DNA from: Flaccisagitta enflata
Lineage: Eukaryota
Direction of reading: 5' to 3'
DNA length: 64,000 nucleotides
NCBI GenBank assembly: GCA_965153355.1
Contig: OZ231126.1
Location: 28,272,001 to 28,336,000, forward strand
Shown here: in pieces, positions 1 to 12,970 of the stretch
Position numbering within the stretch: position 1 is the first letter of the stretch
Layout of the letters: every line of letters starts with the position of its first letter
Translations under genes and position numbers: made by a program
The notes under the pieces: model-generated
Told to the model about the DNA's origin: nothing
The model's input: only the letters and a program-made list of their open reading frames with translations
Databases searched by the model: none

Positions 1-83
1 CACTTTGATATATTGTCCATTGTCTTTGACGCCGGCATCAGGCATCAGCGTGTCAATTGCTTATCTCAAATGTCTTGCAATAC

Positions 84-309
84 CTGTCGTTATGATGAAG
101 CTCTGTTTCCACTTTGATATCTTGTCCATTGACTTTGACGCCGGCGCCTGGTTTCGGCGTGAGAGTGACTGCGCTTCCGTCGGCGTCGCTCTCCAGCAGC
201 GCGTGATCCGCCTGAACGCTGAGACCATTGAGAGTGATTTCCGCCGGAGGATCGGCGCGCGAGTTGCCGATGCGTGACTGACCGGGATTGGCGAAGTGAA
301 ACACCATAC
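84..309 (-). CDS. KIF28: Kinesin-3 (KIF28/KLP-6-like) exon encoding most of the FHA domain
   Basis: Minus strand: cttgtcgcag|GTATGGTG...AACGACAG|gtattg, 226 nt. Its first 2 nt complete the Gly codon split by the phase-1 intron from the 25928 exon, and it ends mid-codon (AG|). Peptide (G)MVFHFANPGQSRIG...ITLNGLSVQADHA...VKVNGQDIKVETELHHNDR matches kinesin-3 FHA motifs (H, VNG, LHHNDR). Orthology to KIF28 is from motif recognition, not a search. Confidence 0.88.
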
Positions 310-486
310 CTGCGACAAGACACGTCATGATACATACACGCATGAATGACCACGGCCACGGAAAGAGGAAGATGGGAGGCGTGGGATGGTGTAAGGGAGG
401 GTACGACAGGGAAGGCATGAGAGAACAAGGAGAATTAGAACGCAGCAAAGATGGAGAAGAGGATGAAGAAGTAGGAGAAGATGGAG

Positions 487-575
487 AAGAAGAAAAAGAA
501 GAAGAAGAAGAAGAAGAAGAAGAAGAAGAAGAAGAAGAAGAAGAAGAAGAAGAAGAAGAAGAAGAAGAAGAAGAA
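487..575. repeat. (GAA)n microsatellite
   Basis: Direct reading. Confidence 0.95.
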
Positions 576-3500
576 GGAGAAGGGGGAGAAGAGGACGAAC
601 AGAAACAACAAAAAACAACGTCTATTCGTCCGTCGGTATGTAACGTTCATCGTTTTCTGAGCGGTGTCGGCCAAACCGGTCGCGCATGGTATCTGGCTTT
701 CTGATGATAAAGTTCACACCGCATTAGTTATGAACGCAACTGGAAATTTCAGTTGAAAGATGTACTAATGAATGAATAGATAAATGAACAGAAACAACAG
801 CAACAAAAACAAAACAACAATAACAATAACAAAAAAAAAAAACAAAAACAAAAACGAAAACAAAAACAACAACCATAACAACAACAACAACATCAACAAC
901 AAAATGCGTTAGCGCAAGAAGCACAAGTAAGGCAACGTTTGGGGACAATGCCAATGGGGAAACGAGGAGAAATAGAGAGCGTTGCTCAGGAGTCTGGAGT
1001 CTCCAGTGGAGAAATCTTTTTAGTCCCGGACTAGCGACTCTGTAAGAGGCTTTGTCCGTCCGTCCGTCCGTCCATCCGTTGATCCGTCCGTCCGTCAACG
1101 AAGGTCAAAAAGTGGAGAAGCAAGCGTTTTAGTAGAGCTTGAAAAAGGTTAGCCCGTAGATCTCAACAGTTCAGATTTTGCTCTGAAATCAAATTCAACT
1201 GCGTGTAAGATAAAATCACTACGGCCAAACGCTAGCTTCTACAATCCCGGCAACTTCACCGGCGGAGAGAGTGTTAAGTTCTGCTTTGGATTTCAAATGA
1301 AAATTAGGAGATCAAAGCACCCCCGATTTTTAATATTGAATCAATTGACACAATGTTTCATACAATTTTCTGTTCATGCGCTCAAAGTTAGAGTCCAGGG
1401 ACGTAAAGGTCAACTTAAGCACAGACAGTCATATTTTTTTCTAATCTACATTATTTCACATGTATTAAGGTCAATCTTTTTTTCATCGATGTTACTCATA
1501 GGGTTTGGCAGATATTTCACTTTTCTTACTAGACCTACTTCCCTACTCGGATGAAGACTAAAGTAAAGGGGATTTTTATGAAGCAATTTTCCTTGTCATC
1601 ATTGCCGTCTTATTATGCTGTAGTGAGAGACGCACTATCATTAACTCTCTATGGAAACATTTTTTTTGAGGCGCCAAATGGCGTTTTACAGATTACTGCA
1701 TGCAGTTGGATTCACCTTTGGTGTTCTGATGCAATTTATACGTATCAGCGTATCTCTTTGTCTTATTATTCGTTGGTTTTAGCCAGTCTGTCTTTCTTTC
1801 TCAACGCGTAATGATACATTGGAAAGTTAACTCTGACTTAGAGAAAATGTCGGTGGAGACGAGTTTTAGAAATAAAAATGTTTGTACAACATCAAAATGA
1901 GTAATGCTGAAGACATATGATTTCCACAGTTTTATTCAGCGCCGTCACTTTAGTCAAATTGCTGAAAATGATTTTCAAGCGAGCTTTTTTACCCCCGCTG
2001 ATATCGCCACCTAGTTTTAGATGCTTGGGGGATGGGGTGTGGATGGGGGTTGGATGCTCCAGTGAAATGTAGTGAAATGATGAAAACTGCCTCCACCTTT
2101 ATCATTGGGGATTTTTATTACGGTTTAGACCTTTAGGAAGTAATCCACGACACTTTCAGTACATATTTAGATGGTCTAGTTGCGCGCGATTTGACCACAA
2201 TATGCAAATGAGATTCGTGGATTTTTCAACTTTTGTTGTAGTGGCCTGAATTAGCCTCTACATGTAGGGTAGAAGATCGATTGCCTAGGTTGAAATCAGC
2301 TTTTGGTTATCATTTTTTCATCAAAATTAATGTGATAGAAGATGGATGTTACAATTTTTATACTCATTTTGATCTATTTCACCATGGGCCTACTTGTTTT
2401 AAGCAAGAGATAAGATGCGCGAAAATTGCGAAAATGGGAAGAACTGTTTGATTTATGACTCACCTTGTTCTTTTTATTTCTAATCAATGGATTGATTAAA
2501 AACCTTGGTATCGGTCTTGTTTGAACCTTATTTAGAAGAAAAATATGAATTTCTAAAAAATAGATGATAGTAGTTCCTATGGGCTCCTTTAGGGGTCCTC
2601 TTGGCTCCCCAAAATAGCTAAAATGTTTAATAATGAGCTTTTCCTCCCGGTTTCTCCTGAGAGGTTAATGGAGCTGTAATTTGTATGTTAAGATACTGTC
2701 ATCTGGTGTATATGGTGGTAAGGTACACAAATTAAGGCTAGGGATACCCAAGGGGGCCCATCTGGGGTTATCTAGAGGCTCAAAACAGGCATAAATGACC
2801 AAAACATGGGCGTTTTCAGTAACTTTTTTGGGCAGCGGCTCTAATGGGAAGTCCTTTTGAACACACAGGGACTTGTTCAAGCGTCTGTCCTGTCGTCCAT
2901 TTGTTTTTCCGAATGTCCCCCCCCTCTGGGCCTCTCAGGGCTAAAATCAGGTCTCACAGACGGTGACAGACCTCAAACTGGCCTATCGGGCTTCAAATCA
3001 TGCCTCTCAGGTATCAAACCAGGTCCTTCAGGCCTAAAATTAGCCTTCTTTGGCCTCTCAGGGCTCTTGGGCCTCAATTCAGCCCTCCCCAGCCTCAAAT
3101 CAACCCATTCAGTACTTAAATCAGGCCTCAAATCAGCCCTCTCAGGTCTTGAATGCAGGCCTGTATATTGTTCTACATTCCCCGCCCCCCGTGGGGGGGG
3201 GGGGGAAATAATCAAAGGGTTTGGAGGTGGGGAAGAAAATTTAAGGGAGAAAAAAGAGAAAAACAGAAAATTTAGGGAAAATAAAACTTTTGGCAGTACC
3301 AAATCATAGATACTGATTAGTAATACACAATTCAACACTATTTAAACCTTAAAAACACTGTTTTATAGCTATATGGGCAACATCAGCAAGAAAATCATTG
3401 ATGTTAGGGAAAAATGCCAGTGATCCGCCGTAAGCGTGCGACATTTTTGTCTTTTTATCTTATATTAGGAGAGTGGCCGCTAGGCTCCGGGTTTGTATGC

Positions 3501-3861
3501 CAGCCGTTTCTATGATAACCTTGAAAATGGGATGTTTTTACGATCCCCCCATGCATATAGATTGGAAAAATTACCCGGACTGTTGACCGCTATCAATACA
3601 TTCAGCCATATTTTGCAATAATTGACATTTACTTGGTCAAAAACTAAAGCGGGATTTGCCGCCGCAGCCTGATAAAACGGCATTGTTTTTGTCACCATTT
3701 CTAGCGCGATATGCCTCACGGTTTTGATCTTTTGTTTTGAACTCCTAAATGGACTTGCAAAATTCTTTTTGTTTTCATTTATTTACATTAGAACTTGACG
3801 TATGAGAAGGTCAATAGAGATTTTTCTTGCTAAGAAAAGAATCTGTGGGCCTTCCCACATA

Positions 3862-4416
3862 CAGTACCTTCCGAGCAAACCCGGCTAAAACTGGAGGATT
3901 ATTTTTTGTTACTTTAATTTCATTTCCCAAACTTCATTTTTTGTACATAACTTAATTAAAAGATACTTAATTCCTTGAACATATTTGGCTGTCAAAAAAA
4001 ATAACTTGTGAAATCAAAGTGCATGAAGACATCAATATTGAGTGTTCTAACCCAGACCATTGGATTTGGCAAAAAATTTTACCTATCCTAGACTACAAGA
4101 ACAGCTCAGTCAGATAATTATTTCAGATTTTACAGCCATTTAAAGTTTTTAAGGACAATTGTCTCAAAATAATTTAGGACAATTGTCCTTAAAAATGTAA
4201 ATCTGAAATCTGAAATGTCTGACTGAGCTGTTCGTAATTCACTGGATAGGTAAATACTGAGTCATCTGCGTTAGATTTCAATTTGATTTCATACCGCACG
4301 TATGTTCAGAGAATTAAATATTTTGAAAGTTGATGCAAAAATGAAGTTTGGGAAATGAAATTAAAGTATCAAAAATTAATCCTCCAGTTTTAACCGGGTT
4401 TGCTCGGAAGGTACTG
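3862..4416. mobile_element. Tc1/mariner-type MITE
   Basis: TA|cagtaccttccgagcaaacccgg...ccgggtttgctcggaaggtactg|TA, with long near-palindromic arms. Confidence 0.88.
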
Positions 4417-4728
4417 TAGCAATTGATAAGATTTTGAGCCATTTTTGGTCATTTTGGGTCATTCGAGCTATCTGGAAGGGTCCATCAGGGGTCAAAAGCC
4501 TTTACTCTTATCCACAAATAGTCCTTCTCTACTCTCCTCTCCTCTACTAGAAGACAGTATCTGAAAAGATAATTTGTCCATTTCATTGTTATTGAACCAA
4601 TGTTTTGGACATTTCTTACTATTTGCAGTTCATTAGGTTCCCTGAGGAGCCCCTGAATGGGCCCCTCAGGGGCCCATAAACTAGATTAGTGTATCTTGAG
4701 ATGGAATATACATCTCCATTAACCTCTA

Positions 4729-5255
4729 CAGTCAGTGGACAAAACACAATAGGTATATATATCACTCCGTTGCTTTTGATCCAACCCACTGATATTGAAC
4801 AAAATGCTGTAAACAACAACTGGTTATCGAAATTACAGCCGGCTGTTAGATTACAAAGTTGGCGATAATCCAACTTTCACCAAATAGAATGAGACCTGCA
4901 GATTCATAATCCTGATGACATTCTGAGAAGTTTGATATGTCACAACATATATTTTTATATGATAATTTTTTTTTTATAAATGCATGATTTGATTATAATG
5001 TAATGTTGAAAAAAAATACTTCTTACAAAAAGTGTTAAGTGTGACATGTCAAACTTCTCAGAATTTCATCAGGATTATGAATTTGCAGGTTTCATTCTTT
5101 TTGGTGAAAGTTGGATTTTTGCCAATTTTGTAACTGAACAGCCGGCTGTAATTTCAACAACCAGTTATTATTTACAGCATTCTGCTCAACATCAATGGGT
5201 TGAATCAAAACCAACAGAGTGATATATATACCTATTGTGTTTTGTCCGCTGACTG
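4729..5255. mobile_element. Palindromic Tc1/mariner-type MITE (family copy 1)
   Basis: cagtcagtggacaaaacacaatagg...cctattgtgttttgtccgctgactg, folds back over almost its full length, TA on the left. Confidence 0.85.
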
Positions 5256-6216
5256 TCTAGGAGAGACAGTTTGAACACATTTGCTCGTTCAATCAAAAGA
5301 GTGAAACCGGCCAAAATTACTAAAAACGCACATTTACCGTTTCTCTCCTCCTCCTCCTCCTCCTCCTCCTCCTCCACCTTGTCCACCACAACCACCTGCA
5401 CATTCCTCCAACCTCTGCAGTAATGATACAGTGACAAAAAATTTTGTAGTTCACATTTTACTTCAGCATTATGCATTTATTTCATATAATAGGGAAATCG
5501 CTTTAGTCAGTTTAAGTGGTATTTTTCAAAAATCATTGAAATCTCATTTGCATATTGTGGTCAAATCGCGCGCAACTAGACCCTTCAATATTGATGTCAA
5601 ATGAATTTCCTTCTATTCTTAAGACCCATACCCGTCATAAAAATCCCCAATGAGATCAGTGAGTGGAGAATTTATCTTTCAACTACAGCCCTGCCCACCC
5701 TGCCCACTTCCATACAGCTTTCGTCTCATTTTCGATTTGTCCGTCCGTCGTTTTGCATCCATTATCGGTTGCAAGCCATATCTACCCCGTCCACGTCAAA
5801 ACGTTCGAGATCAGCCGGTCGTATATCCGGCCTTGTTGTAAACACGCTCTCTGGAAGTCACGTCCATACCTCATTAGTTGTAAACACAGCTTGTTGTTTG
5901 CCTCGCAGGGTATTTCTTCAGTTGAATGCATGAATGAATAGATGGTAGCCATAAACCAAAAGAAAGAAAAATAGGAAAAAGAAAAAGACAAAGAAAAAAA
6001 AAAGACAAAAGATAAGAAGGAAAACCATTCAAGTGAAAGAAACTCAGCGACAAAAACCTTCACCACCAAAAGCAATGCGCAAGTGAGCGCAACCCTTGAT
6101 GTCATGGGAATGACACTCAGCATCTTTCCGAATCGATTTCGCTCTTTCTCCCTTTCTTTCTACGTTCGTTTCTATTCCTCTCCACTCTCATATCTTTCTT
6201 TCCTTCTTTCTTTCCT

Positions 6217-6279
<63 letters not shown>

Positions 6280-6280
6280 C

Positions 6281-6340
<60 letters not shown>

Positions 6341-8971
6341 TCCCTCAGATGAATTCGATGCATCCACTCTCCTTTCTTTCTTTCTTTCTTTCTCTGGTGA
6401 GCCCTTCTAAAGGACTATAAACCCAACCTGGTTGCGGCTGGTCAGGCAGTACCACCCACCAGGCCTCTTATGGTAGCATCTACCATACCCTTGGAGTGGA
6501 ACCCGGTGTGGGGCGGCGCGGGCCAAACCATAGTATATTGTGATAAGCCGGTAGTACCTCACCCCGAGGCAGCCTATGCCATGTCCATGCTGGAATCTTT
6601 ATGGAAGTCTGACTAGTAGCAAAGGGGTCATTCCCTTGGTCAATGCCTCTGAAGCATGCTTCAGAGGGCTCCCCATAAAGGATTCACTTGGACAGAAATC
6701 GGGCATTGTGACAGCTGGGGGTCACATCTTACTGGTTTCCAGAACATTTGGACGAAGTGGAGTGGTTGGCAGACATACCCTCTTAAGGGTTCCCTGGCGT
6801 AAGATTCCATATTTTTTAGCTCTCCTTTGGTACCATACTGTCGGACCAGTATCAAGGTCAGTCTGTGTGGTGGTTCACACTTAATATATCCATAAGCTGT
6901 GCCTGCGGTCTTGTCTGTCTGTCAAGACCAAAGGACCCTCAAGGTTATGCACAAGTCCTGGAGTCTGACCAGGCACCCTAACTTTGATTTCCATTGGGTA
7001 TTTACTGACTTAACTGACTTTAACCCACACACATTGCACCCGAAATCTGAGCTGCATCTCATTGAGTATCATCACCATAGGCACTGGCATATGTCCGGGC
7101 CAAACCGCATCAACTTTCTTCCCGCCGTATCGTCAAAAAAATTAAGCCCATTGCTTTTCTGTTCTTGATTTGGGCACATCGATGATCAAACAACCCAGGA
7201 GGGTTGTCCAACTCCGCTAACTCATCAAATTTTGACTTGTTGGATGGTCCCCGGAGTCGCGAGACAAAGGGGTCGTCGTTCTTACCATCCACAAGGAATT
7301 CCAACCAATCACGGCGAAGATCAGCGAAACGGTGATTACTCCTCAACGCTTTGGCCCAACATCAAAAGCCGCCCCATCATTATAATCGCAACCTTCAACA
7401 ATATCAAGTGCGGTGAACTTTTAACCAATCCCGACGCACCGTTCAAAAGTTACGGCCCGAAACGCGAAGATTAAGGGAAGAACAATACGTTTTGTCAAAT
7501 ATCTTCCAAACCGCTCAAGCTAACTCAAATCTGATTGGCTCCGCCTCCACTATATCGCACCTTGCGGTTCCATTGGTCATCCTACAAGACCATTTTGCTA
7601 AAGCCCCTGCCGCTATATGCAAATGAGCTGCTGCCTGAAACTTCAACGGCCTGTATCTCCTAAACCGTTGCTCCGATTCGAAATCCGATCGAATTTTTGG
7701 GTCCCCTTGGATCCCCTGAAGCCAACTCTTCTCTTTCCGGCAGCCTCCTCACACGCTCATTTTCTCCGTAATATGCAAATGAGGCTTTAGTAAGATCACC
7801 TTGAATTCTACCAAGAACAAAGACAAAAGGTAGCGGCCGAACGAATCGGGCTACTCGCGCCGTCATTCTCGCTCAAGAACACCGGTCCCCTAACCCCCTG
7901 GGGGCCGCTCAAAGTTCAAACATCCGAACTCCAGCGGTGTTGGAGTCGCCGTTCGTCGTCCCTGCCTAAGACAGGAACGGGGCATCATAGGGAGGCGCTC
8001 GGTGCAGGCACCGGCACCTTTCCCATAAGGTGAGCCGAGCCACGATAGCCGATCAATAGTCTTAATTAACTTTTGATTTTATCTTAACCGCTATCAATCA
8101 CTCTTCCTTTCATGCCTTCCCGCCTCAATGAGCTACGACGGCAACAACCATGCCTCCGACAGCCGTAGAGCAACCCGTTCCCAATCGGATTCCAATCCGA
8201 ACCTCCTCGCCCCGCCACTCACATCATTCCGCAGGCGTCGTTCCCCAACTCGCGACGAACGCCTCCTATCTCCGAACCACTGCGAGGAAATTTACGAGGA
8301 AGGAATCTTTCAATTCCCAGCTCCAACAGCAGCCATGGGCACTCCCGATCCAACCGTCGCAGCTCTCACAGAAGCCCTCCAGGGCGTCAGGGTGTCGAGT
8401 CGCAAGCCGGAACTCCCCGCATTCGATTCTAAAAACATCGATATCTGGCTCAAACGCGTCGACAACGCGTACAGGCGTTCGGGGGTTACGGACCCCAAAG
8501 ATAAATTCGCCTTCATCGAACCCAAGTTCGCGTGCGACACCGATCCCCACATCAATAGGGAAGGTCATATTGCGTACCTTGATGTATCTTCATGTAAGTT
8601 GGCAAAAACACTCGAGATGCTATTTATAAAAGATTGAGACCTTGCGCGACCTTCAACTCCTTGTATCTTCATTGTTCACAAAATGAAAAAAAAATCTTGA
8701 AAACAATTGAACTGAGTTTCCTCTCCGATTTAACCAGTTCGGTATGACAATTTTCCCCCCTAAAATCTCCAACAGCAAGTTTCTATATAACCATTTTATG
8801 TAGCGCGAACTTAAGCAATCATCTGTCAAGCAGTCTACGTGCGGTAGCGTACAGAGAGGCTATGCAGAGTGATAGCAAAGCGAAGCAGTCAATCTTTTTC
8901 ACGTTGGCGATTAGATCAGAACACGGATTGACTTTTTTCATCTATAAAATGTTATTCTTCATGTGAGCTTA

Positions 8972-9165
8972 TTTTTTTAGTCGCGTGCACGCGACTCTAC
9001 ACCCCGCTTTGTCCGTTGGTCGGTCGGTTGGTCTGTCACACTTTACTTTTTTTATATCTTTTATTCCGTGATGTCACTGCTCGTGCCCGAATGGTCTAGT
9101 GACCTCAAATATGGCCCCTGCCCACCCGCACGCGACTTCGGTAGTTGTGTATCCGGCCTTGTTTT
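8972..9165 (+). mobile_element. Helentron-associated short element (HINE/DINE-1-like), family A representative (~25 copies in window)
   Basis: T-run, 5' palindrome agtcgcgtgcacgcgact, (GGTC/GTCC)n core, 3' subterminal gcacgcgact, then ...gtgtatccggcc and ttgttt; no TSD. Other copies at ~1018, 9202, 24452, 26141, 27036, 27495, 29185, 35105, 41440, 46625, 47460, 55108, 59015, 60286, 60575. Confidence 0.72.
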
Positions 9166-9785
9166 CCTTTCCTTCCCTTATATTTCCCGCTATTTTACCC
9201 TTTTTTAGTCGCGTGCACGCGACTCTACACCTTGCCGTGTCGGTCGGTAGGTCGGTAGGTCGGTAGGTCGGTAGGTCGGTAGGTTGGTAGATCCGTCACG
9301 TTTTTGAAATTATGACTTTTTAAGGTTTTTTAAGGTATTTTAAGGTACTCTAGGGTATTTCAGGGTACTATAGGGTACTTCAGGGTACTTTAGGGAACTT
9401 AAGTTATTTTAGGGACTTAAGGTATTTTAGGGTACTTCCAGATATTTTTGGGTAATTTTGAGTATTTTTGAGTAATTTTGAGTATTTATGGGTATTTTTA
9501 GGTGTTTTTGGGTATTTTTGGGTATTTTTTGGTATTTTGGGTATTTTGGGTATTTTGTCAACTTTATATTGGACACTCGTTATTGGTTCAGAATGTAACT
9601 TTTTTTTGGGACAGGCGTTATGTAGTTTGAAGTTGTAGTATGTACTATGTAGTTATATAGTATGAAGTTATGTAGTATGAAGTTGTGTAGTATGAAGTTG
9701 TGTAATTGTGTTGTAACGAAGCACGCGACTGTTGGCCTGTTGGGCTTGTTTTCTTTTACTTTTCGTTTCTTTCTTTTATCTCCCA

Positions 9786-9787
<2 letters not shown>

Positions 9788-9818
<31 letters not shown>

Positions 9819-10676
9819 ATCTTTCCATCTGTCTTCCTTTCTTTCTTTCTCTCTGTCTTTCTTTCTCTCTGTCTTTCTTTCTCTCTGTCTTTCTTTCTTT
9901 CCGTCTTTCTTTCTTTCCGTCTTTCTTTCTTTCTTTCCGTCTTTCTTTCCGTCTTTCTTTCTTTCCGTCTTTCTTTCTTTCTGTCTTTCTTTCTTTCCGT
10001 CTTTCTTTCTTTCCGTCTGTCTTCCTTTCCATCTGTCTTCCTTTCCATCTGTCTTCCTTTCCGTCTTTCTTTCTTTCTTTCTTTCTTTCTTCCTTCCTTT
10101 CCTTCTTTCTGTCTGTCTTCCTTTCCTTTCTTTTTTTCTGTCTGTCTTCCTTTCCTTTCTTTCTTTCTGTCTGTCTTCCTTTCCTTTCTTTCTTACTGTC
10201 TGTCTTCCTTTCCTTTCTTTCTTTCTGTCTGTCTTCCTTTCCTTCTTTCTTTCTGTCTGTCTTCCTTTCCTTCTTTCTTTCTGTCTGTCTTTCTTTCCTT
10301 CTTTCTTTCTGTCTGTCTTCCTTTCCTTCTTTCTTTCTGTCTGTCTTCCTTTCCTTCTTTCTTTCTGTCTGTCTTCCTTTCCTTCTTTCTTTCTGTCTGT
10401 CTTCCTTTCCTTCTTTCTTTCTGTCTGTCTTCCTTTCCTTCTTTCTTTCTGTCTATCTTCCTTTCCTTCTTTCTTTCTGTCTGTCTTCCTTTCCTTCTTT
10501 CTTTCTGTCTGTCTTCCTTTCCTTCTTTCTTTCTGTCTGTCTTCCTTTCCTTTCCTTCTTTCTTTCTTTCTGTCTGTCTGTCTATCTGTCTGTCTGTCTG
10601 TCTTTCTTTCTTTCTTTCTTTCCTTCCTTCTTTCCTTCTTTCCTTCTTTCCTTCTTTCCTTCTTTCTTTCTTTCCT

Positions 10677-10716
<40 letters not shown>

Positions 10717-10717
10717 T
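9788..10717. repeat. Compound CTTT/CTGT pyrimidine microsatellite-minisatellite
   Basis: Direct reading. It generates the F/L/S-rich pseudo-ORFs at 9662-10863. Confidence 0.95.
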
Positions 10718-11178
10718 CCAGTTTTTTATTGTTTTTATTCCAAGCAGACGGTCACCTAGTAAGTCGGTCGGTCACGATTTTTTGCGATTCGCGAATGAGC
10801 GGACCTCCTCTCTTTTTAAATTGCCCATCTAGTCTTCTTCATCACTGTCCATACATGACTTGAGTTAATATTCGCGTGTATCTGTTATTCTGAATTATGG
10901 ACGAATGGATAAAAGGAAGAATGGACGTATTATCTGACAATTTGAGGACGATACTTTACGCTAAGTCGCAATGATTATGTACGAATCGTTTCATCCGATC
11001 CCCTAACTCGTATAATGTAATTATTGCACATGTCCGTTCACAGAAACTTGTCAACAAATAACGCAGGGTTGCGCTATCATCGCAGACGGGTGCGCAGCAG
11101 CAAACAGGCCCCCCCCCCCCCCCACAAACAGGATGTATCACACCCGCGATAATAAAGAATGCGTACTTTGCTCATTAG

Positions 11179-11416
11179 CAGCCCTGAAAATAGAGCGGGC
11201 CCGCGGGCCCGAGGCCCGCATATTGGCTGTCGGGCCCGCAAATTAAACTAGCTGCGGGCCCAATGGGCCCGCAGCAATTTTGCTTAGTATCCTGGAATCA
11301 TAATTTGATCCAACTTACATTCTTGTATTCCTATGGCGAACTGTCATTTTGTTCTGCGGTAAAATTGATATCAAACGTAAGAATAGCAAAACCACATTTT
11401 TCGTTCTCCTGGAGTT

Positions 11417-11468
<52 letters not shown>

Positions 11469-11471
11469 ACA

Positions 11472-11559
<88 letters not shown>

Positions 11560-11837
11560 CACACACACACTGAGAGGGACGGAGGGATGGGTAAAACTTC
11601 CCTGAGAAATGTTACCATTATTCTTTGCATAATTCTTTCCATTTATTAGGAAATAGTTTGCATAGATAGAAGAATTCACTGCAGTGTTGTAGCAGTGTGT
11701 TTACACAGGCTTAGGATAACAGAAAGCTTGGAATAACTATATTTAAGTCGGGCCCGCTGTTTTCCTGTCGGGCCCGCAAAAATTGGGTAGAGCGGGCCCG
11801 ACGGGCCCGCTGAAAAAAATTGCTATTTTCAGGGCTG
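11179..11837. mobile_element. hAT-type MITE nested in the gag insertion
   Basis: 15-bp TIR cagccctgaaaatag, perfect 8-bp TSD ctcattag, many GGGCCC subterminal motifs and an internal (AG)n(AC)n. Confidence 0.9.
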
Positions 11838-12970
11838 CTCATTAGCGAACATTTAATCAAAAGGATAGCGGTGCTCTATGATCAGAAATCGACACTCGCT
11901 ATCAAGAAGGAACACCGAGACCCGATGCAATCTCTCCTTTTTCCCTTATTTGCATAATGCAGTCAGTTCTCAACTAAGGATACGGAACTTTCGTTGAGAA
12001 CATTTGCTCATGAAACTTCCTAGCATAAACGAATGTTTTTGTTATAAGAGAAAAGTGGATATGCTTTAAGTGAGTTACTTAATTGTTATTAACTACTTGA
12101 AGATTAACTGACAAGCTGTGACTCTAATTGAACCCAACAGCGTCTATTGTGCTTTTTGTTAGCGAAAAGTGTTATGAACAATGAACATACAAGGATTTGA
12201 ACGCGGATTTTTTTGCCGTTATTCATCAATTTTCAAGTCGGTTGCTCTCCGTAACTTACATGGCAATCTGAGACAAAAACGCATATTGACCTACCCTACC
12301 GCATCAATGAACTCCTCTTTGGCGATTGCACTGCGGAGGACTGGACAGCTCTGGAGACGTATCTGCGCGGTCGCTACGGCCCCCACCAAGGCGCAACAAG
12401 CGTCAGTTATTCTCGACGGGGTCCAACGAGACGGCAAACTCCCGTCGGAAATGTTTGCTTTTGTGAAGGAGCGCGTCGGCACAATTACCGTCGACGACAT
12501 CATCAAAGAGATGGTCCTGAGGGAACTCCCGACAGACATCAGACGCACCATCCACGGTAAGGTGAAAGACCTCGGTGGCGCGGAAACCGTCAAGATAGCA
12601 GACGAATACTTTGATCGAAACGGCAAGCCACTTCACAAACCTGCCCCATCCAACGTCAACACCGTCAACGAAGTCCCAGGACTCATCGACACCGAAGACG
12701 AAGCGGATGAAGTCAATGCAGTTGGTGGCCGCCGCTTCCAAAGAAAAGGCATCCAAATCGCTTTCCAGCCCCGAAACCTCAACAGACAGCCAAACCGACC
12801 GGACAAAATCGTCCGCAAAACTCCTCTTTCACCCCTGCCTTTGCCGAAAAACGGACCCATTTGGGTAAACCGACCGTCAAACCCATCAATCTTTGCAAGT
12901 GGCACCAGCAATTTGGCAAGAAAGCCTACACCTGCGAGTCAGGCTGCGACGAGTTCCCAAAATTCAACGC

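Larger units (their letters stand above)
2170..5584. mobile_element. Kolobok-like non-autonomous element hosting several nested elements
   Basis: ~43-bp TIR ggtctagttgcgcgcgatttgaccacaatatgcaaatgagatt from 2172 and its reverse complement ending 5582. The flanks (ttag/tcaa) resemble a degenerate TTAA. Confidence 0.65.
8556..12298. mobile_element. Non-autonomous DNA transposon inserted in left gag (TAGGG termini, 9-bp TSD)
   Basis: Imperfect ~20-bp TIRs (tagggaaggtcatattgcgt / acgcatattgacctacccta). TSD ccacatcaa (8547-8555) / ccgcatcaa (12299-12307); the right arm shows the empty site. Superfamily uncertain (9-bp-TSD hAT or MULE). Confidence 0.85.

Noticed and set aside
6576-7474. Short ORFs in the retrotransposon leader as accessory/env-like genes
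   Set aside because: No recognisable motifs. Their presence in both arms reflects recent duplication, and their boundaries differ between arms.
9662-10863. Three overlapping 365-385-aa hydrophobic ORFs
   Set aside because: They are translations of a stop-free CTTT/CTGT satellite. The same applies to the poly-E/T/N/C/HT/RE ORFs throughout the track.
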